This document shows, in pieces, positions 23,116 to 25,323 of a stretch of DNA of 25,323 nucleotides. Below the pieces are notes generated by a model that did no database searches, was not told the origin of the DNA, and saw nothing but the letters and a program-made list of their open reading frames with translations. A program made the translations under genes and the position numbers. How positions within the stretch are numbered: the stretch's first letter is position 1; each line of letters starts with the position of its first letter. The stretch lies in the NCBI GenBank assembly GCA_041487255.1, contig JBGPMZ010000001.1:1-25323 (forward strand), given 5' to 3'. The stretch comes from Candidatus Binataceae bacterium (GTDB taxonomy: Bacteria > Desulfobacterota > Binatia > Binatales > Binataceae).

Positions 23116-23760
23116 CTACTTTGAGATCGACGAATGCTTGGCCGCTTTGGAGCCGAACTCGCCGGGCGCGGATGAACCCGCCTGCTGATCCTCGGAGCCT
23201 TCACGGCCTGAACTGGAAACCGCTTCGGGTCCGCCGCCTAAGGTGCCGATTTTGACGTGCATGCCATTGTAGGTGCGGATGACCTGATCGGTAATATCGA
23301 TGCCGGGCATGCCCCACAGAATCGATTGTTTCTCCATGACCATGGTGAAGCCGCTCTTCTCGCCGACGTCGCGGATGACCTGCGCCAGGTCATGGATGAT
23401 CATGCCTGTCATCTCCTGATCCTTACGCTCGAGGTCTTCCTTGGAATCCTTGAAGCTGCGCTCAAAGTTCTTGGCCTTGCTGAGATACTCGTCCTGAAGG
23501 TTTTGACGCTGCTCGGGTTTCATGAGCATACCCTTCTTTTCGAGTTCGTCTTTGAGTTTCGCGATCTCGCTCTGTTGGTTCTGCAGCCTCTGTTCGACGC
23601 CTTGTACCTTGACCCGGAAGTCCGCCTTCGCGGTCTTGCCGGCTTCGCATTCGTTGAGCGCGCGCTGGACGTCGACGTAGGCGAGCTTAACCTCGGCTCG
23701 TGCGGGAGCTGCTGCGAGTAACGCCAGAAGCATGACAGCGGCCATCAACCGATTTCTCAT
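23116..23760 (-). CDS. skp: Skp/OmpH periplasmic OMP chaperone with C-terminal extension, 214 aa
   Basis: Signal peptide (..APARA), KLAYVDVQRAL, long coiled-coil, GFTMVMEK and DITDQVI. GGGAGG SD at 23773-23778. Follows bamA. Confidence 0.9.
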   Translation of the reverse strand: MRNRLMAAVMLLALLAAAPARAEVKLAYVDVQRALNECEAGKTAKADFRVKVQGVEQRLQNQQSEIAKLKDELEKKGMLMKPEQRQNLQDEYLSKAKNFERSFKDSKEDLERKDQEMTGMIIHDLAQVIRDVGEKSGFTMVMEKQSILWGMPGIDITDQVIRTYNGMHVKIGTLGGGPEAVSSSGREGSEDQQAGSSAPGEFGSKAAKHSSISK

Positions 23761-23787
23761 CTGAATTGGAATCCTCCCTGAACGCGA

Positions 23788-23796
23788 ATCATAGCA
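23788..23796 (-). promoter_or_regulatory. Candidate extended -10 promoter for the skp-to-kdkA operon
   Basis: Minus strand reads TG-C-TATGAT about 28 nt upstream of the skp ATG, leaving a short leader containing the SD. Confidence 0.45.
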
Positions 23797-23809
23797 ACGC
23801 GGGCATAGA

Positions 23810-23860
23810 TCGGAAGTCCGAGGTGAGTTAGGCCTGCGCTGTTTGAACTGCGACTTCCGA
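23810..23860. repeat. 9-bp inverted repeat in the bamA-skp spacer
   Basis: TCGGAAGTC (23810-23818) and GACTTCCGA (23852-23860), 33 nt apart. Confidence 0.55.
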
Positions 23861-23993
23861 GGCAGTATTTAAGCCAATTTATTGCGTGGTGCGCTATAGG
23901 GGCACTCTGTACCTCCCACGCGCGCTCCCCACCCGGCGCGGAGCGCCACTCTCTACATTCCCTGGAGTGGGGCAAATGAAACGAAGCCTACGC

Positions 23994-25323
23994 TTATAGG
24001 GGTGCGCCGCCGCCGATCTCGAAGACGTTGTTCTGATCCTGCGGACGCGGGTTGATCGGACGTGCGATATCGATTGCGAGCGGACCGAACGGTGAGCGCC
24101 ATCGGATGCCGACGCCGTAAGAAGCCTGAAGGGAATTAATCGTGATACTGTCCCTCAAACGATACGCCTGCCCCGCATCGGCGAAGACAACGCCGCGAAT
24201 CCCCAATCCGGAGAGGATCGGGAAGGTAATTTCGCCATTGAGAATCAGCTCCTTGCTTCCGCCGATGTTTTCGATCTGGAGCGGGACCCCGGCCTGGTTC
24301 AGCAGCAGCACCTGCGGCCCCAGAGAATAAAGCTGGTACCCGCGAACGTCGCCCTGTCCGCCGACGCCACCGGGGAAGAATCGCTCATAGAGCGGAAGCT
24401 CGCCGCCGAAGCCCTCCGACAGCGTGGTCCCAATTCCGTAGGTCACTCCAGGGGAGACCACCCATTGACCAAAGGTCGGGCTCTTCAAGAAGGTGTAGTA
24501 GAGGCGCACATGCGCGAGCGCTTTGAGGAACGCGGTGCCGGGACCCACACCCGCGATCTCGACGTTCAGGCTTTCGATCGATCCACTGCGCGGATCGATG
24601 GGATTGTCTACCGTCACGCGCCGGATGCTCGGGATTAACTCGGAGACTTTCGTATAGCCTTTGAACCGCGCGATCTGGAAGGTGGTGAACGGCGACAGCC
24701 CGCCGATGCCGACGCTTTGGAACTGATAGCCCAGACCGGCGCGCACATCCTTGAGCGACAGGGGTCCGATTTTCTTGAAGCCCAGCTCAACCAGCGGGTA
24801 GCTCGAATTGATCGCACCGCCGGCGGCATTCTGATGAAACGTGAAGAGGTTGGTTTTGCTGTTGAATAACGACAGCGACACCGCCAGCGGAATATCGAGG
24901 AACCAGGGCTCGGTATAACTCGCGGTATAGTTTTGGAACAGGAAGCCGACCTGCGCGCTTAGCAGCACCGCCTCGCCGCCGCCGAACAGGTTGGTATTGC
25001 CGAGCTGGAAGTGGCCGAACACCGACTGGTAGCTGTCGAAGCCTCCCGCGACCTGAAATGAGGCGGTGCTTTGCTCGGTCACGTTGACATTGAGGTCAAC
25101 CTTGTCCGGTTGCTGCGAGGGGGCGGTGGTGATGCGCGTCTCGGCAAAGAAGCCGAGTTGGTCGAGCCGCCGCTTGGAGTCGCGAATCGACGATGCCGAG
25201 TAGGGCTCCTGCTCCTGGACCTGCATCTCGCGCCGAATAACCTTGTCGGAGGTTTTGGTGTTGCCGCTGATGTTGATGCGGTTGACCAGCACCTCGCGGC
25301 CCGGGGTGATGGTGAAGGTAATG
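23994..25323 (-). CDS. bamA: Outer membrane protein assembly factor BamA, C-terminal part (POTRA5 plus barrel; 5' truncated)
   Basis: INISGNTKTSDKVIRRE (POTRA5), NLFGGG, YTEPWF, ERFFPGG, VRGY lid-lock motif and GVGIRWRSPFGPL. Upstream of skp. Confidence 0.93.
   Translation of the reverse strand, partial: ITFTITPGREVLVNRINISGNTKTSDKVIRREMQVQEQEPYSASSIRDSKRRLDQLGFFAETRITTAPSQQPDKVDLNVNVTEQSTASFQVAGGFDSYQSVFGHFQLGNTNLFGGGEAVLLSAQVGFLFQNYTASYTEPWFLDIPLAVSLSLFNSKTNLFTFHQNAAGGAINSSYPLVELGFKKIGPLSLKDVRAGLGYQFQSVGIGGLSPFTTFQIARFKGYTKVSELIPSIRRVTVDNPIDPRSGSIESLNVEIAGVGPGTAFLKALAHVRLYYTFLKSPTFGQWVVSPGVTYGIGTTLSEGFGGELPLYERFFPGGVGGQGDVRGYQLYSLGPQVLLLNQAGVPLQIENIGGSKELILNGEITFPILSGLGIRGVVFADAGQAYRLRDSITINSLQASYGVGIRWRSPFGPLAIDIARPINPRPQDQNNVFEIGGGAPL

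Noticed and set aside
23215-23265. HVKIG in the Skp tail as an LpxD hexapeptide remnant
   Set aside because: A five-residue resemblance is not statistically meaningful without a search.
1-25323. CRISPR arrays, IS elements, rRNA/tRNA, intrinsic terminators
   Set aside because: No regularly spaced repeats, transposase ORFs, RNA-gene signatures or hairpin-plus-U-tract structures were found by eye.

Overview
GC-rich bacterial chromosomal window dominated by cell-envelope genes in two long convergent operons that meet with only 3 bp between stop codons at 11583/11587. The + strand (2736-11583) carries a GT9 heptosyltransferase-like enzyme, a Kdo/WaaP-family kinase, a DPM1-like GT2, a GT4, yicC, gmk, a long RelA/SpoT homologue, a frameshifted DUF5615 (PIN-like) insert and ridA. 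The - strand (25323-11587) carries bamA (partial), skp, fabZ, lpxA, lpxI, a GnnA-like Gfo/Idh/MocA oxidoreductase, SCO, CopC, lpxB, msbA, waaA, lpxK, a Trm112/YcaR-like small gene missed by the ORF track, a GT87/DUF2029 membrane glycosyltransferase and a KdkA-like Kdo kinase. The left end holds a partial LLM monooxygenase, an SDR, MarC and an alpha/beta hydrolase. Gene order resembles Deltaproteobacteria-like lineages (possibly Candidatus Binatia; this is inference only). The most interesting features are: (i) a variant lipid A operon with gnnA but no gnnB or lpxD, a translationally coupled SCO-CopC copper module where gnnB usually sits, and a GT-C glycosyltransferase plus Kdo kinase at the end; (ii) an lpxA that appears to start at a non-canonical ATA codon and has several altered substrate-contact residues; (iii) a PIN-like gene broken in a (CG)4 tract whose repaired frame runs without a stop into ridA. 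No tRNA, rRNA, CRISPR array or transposase was recognised. All family calls are by motif recognition, not database search.
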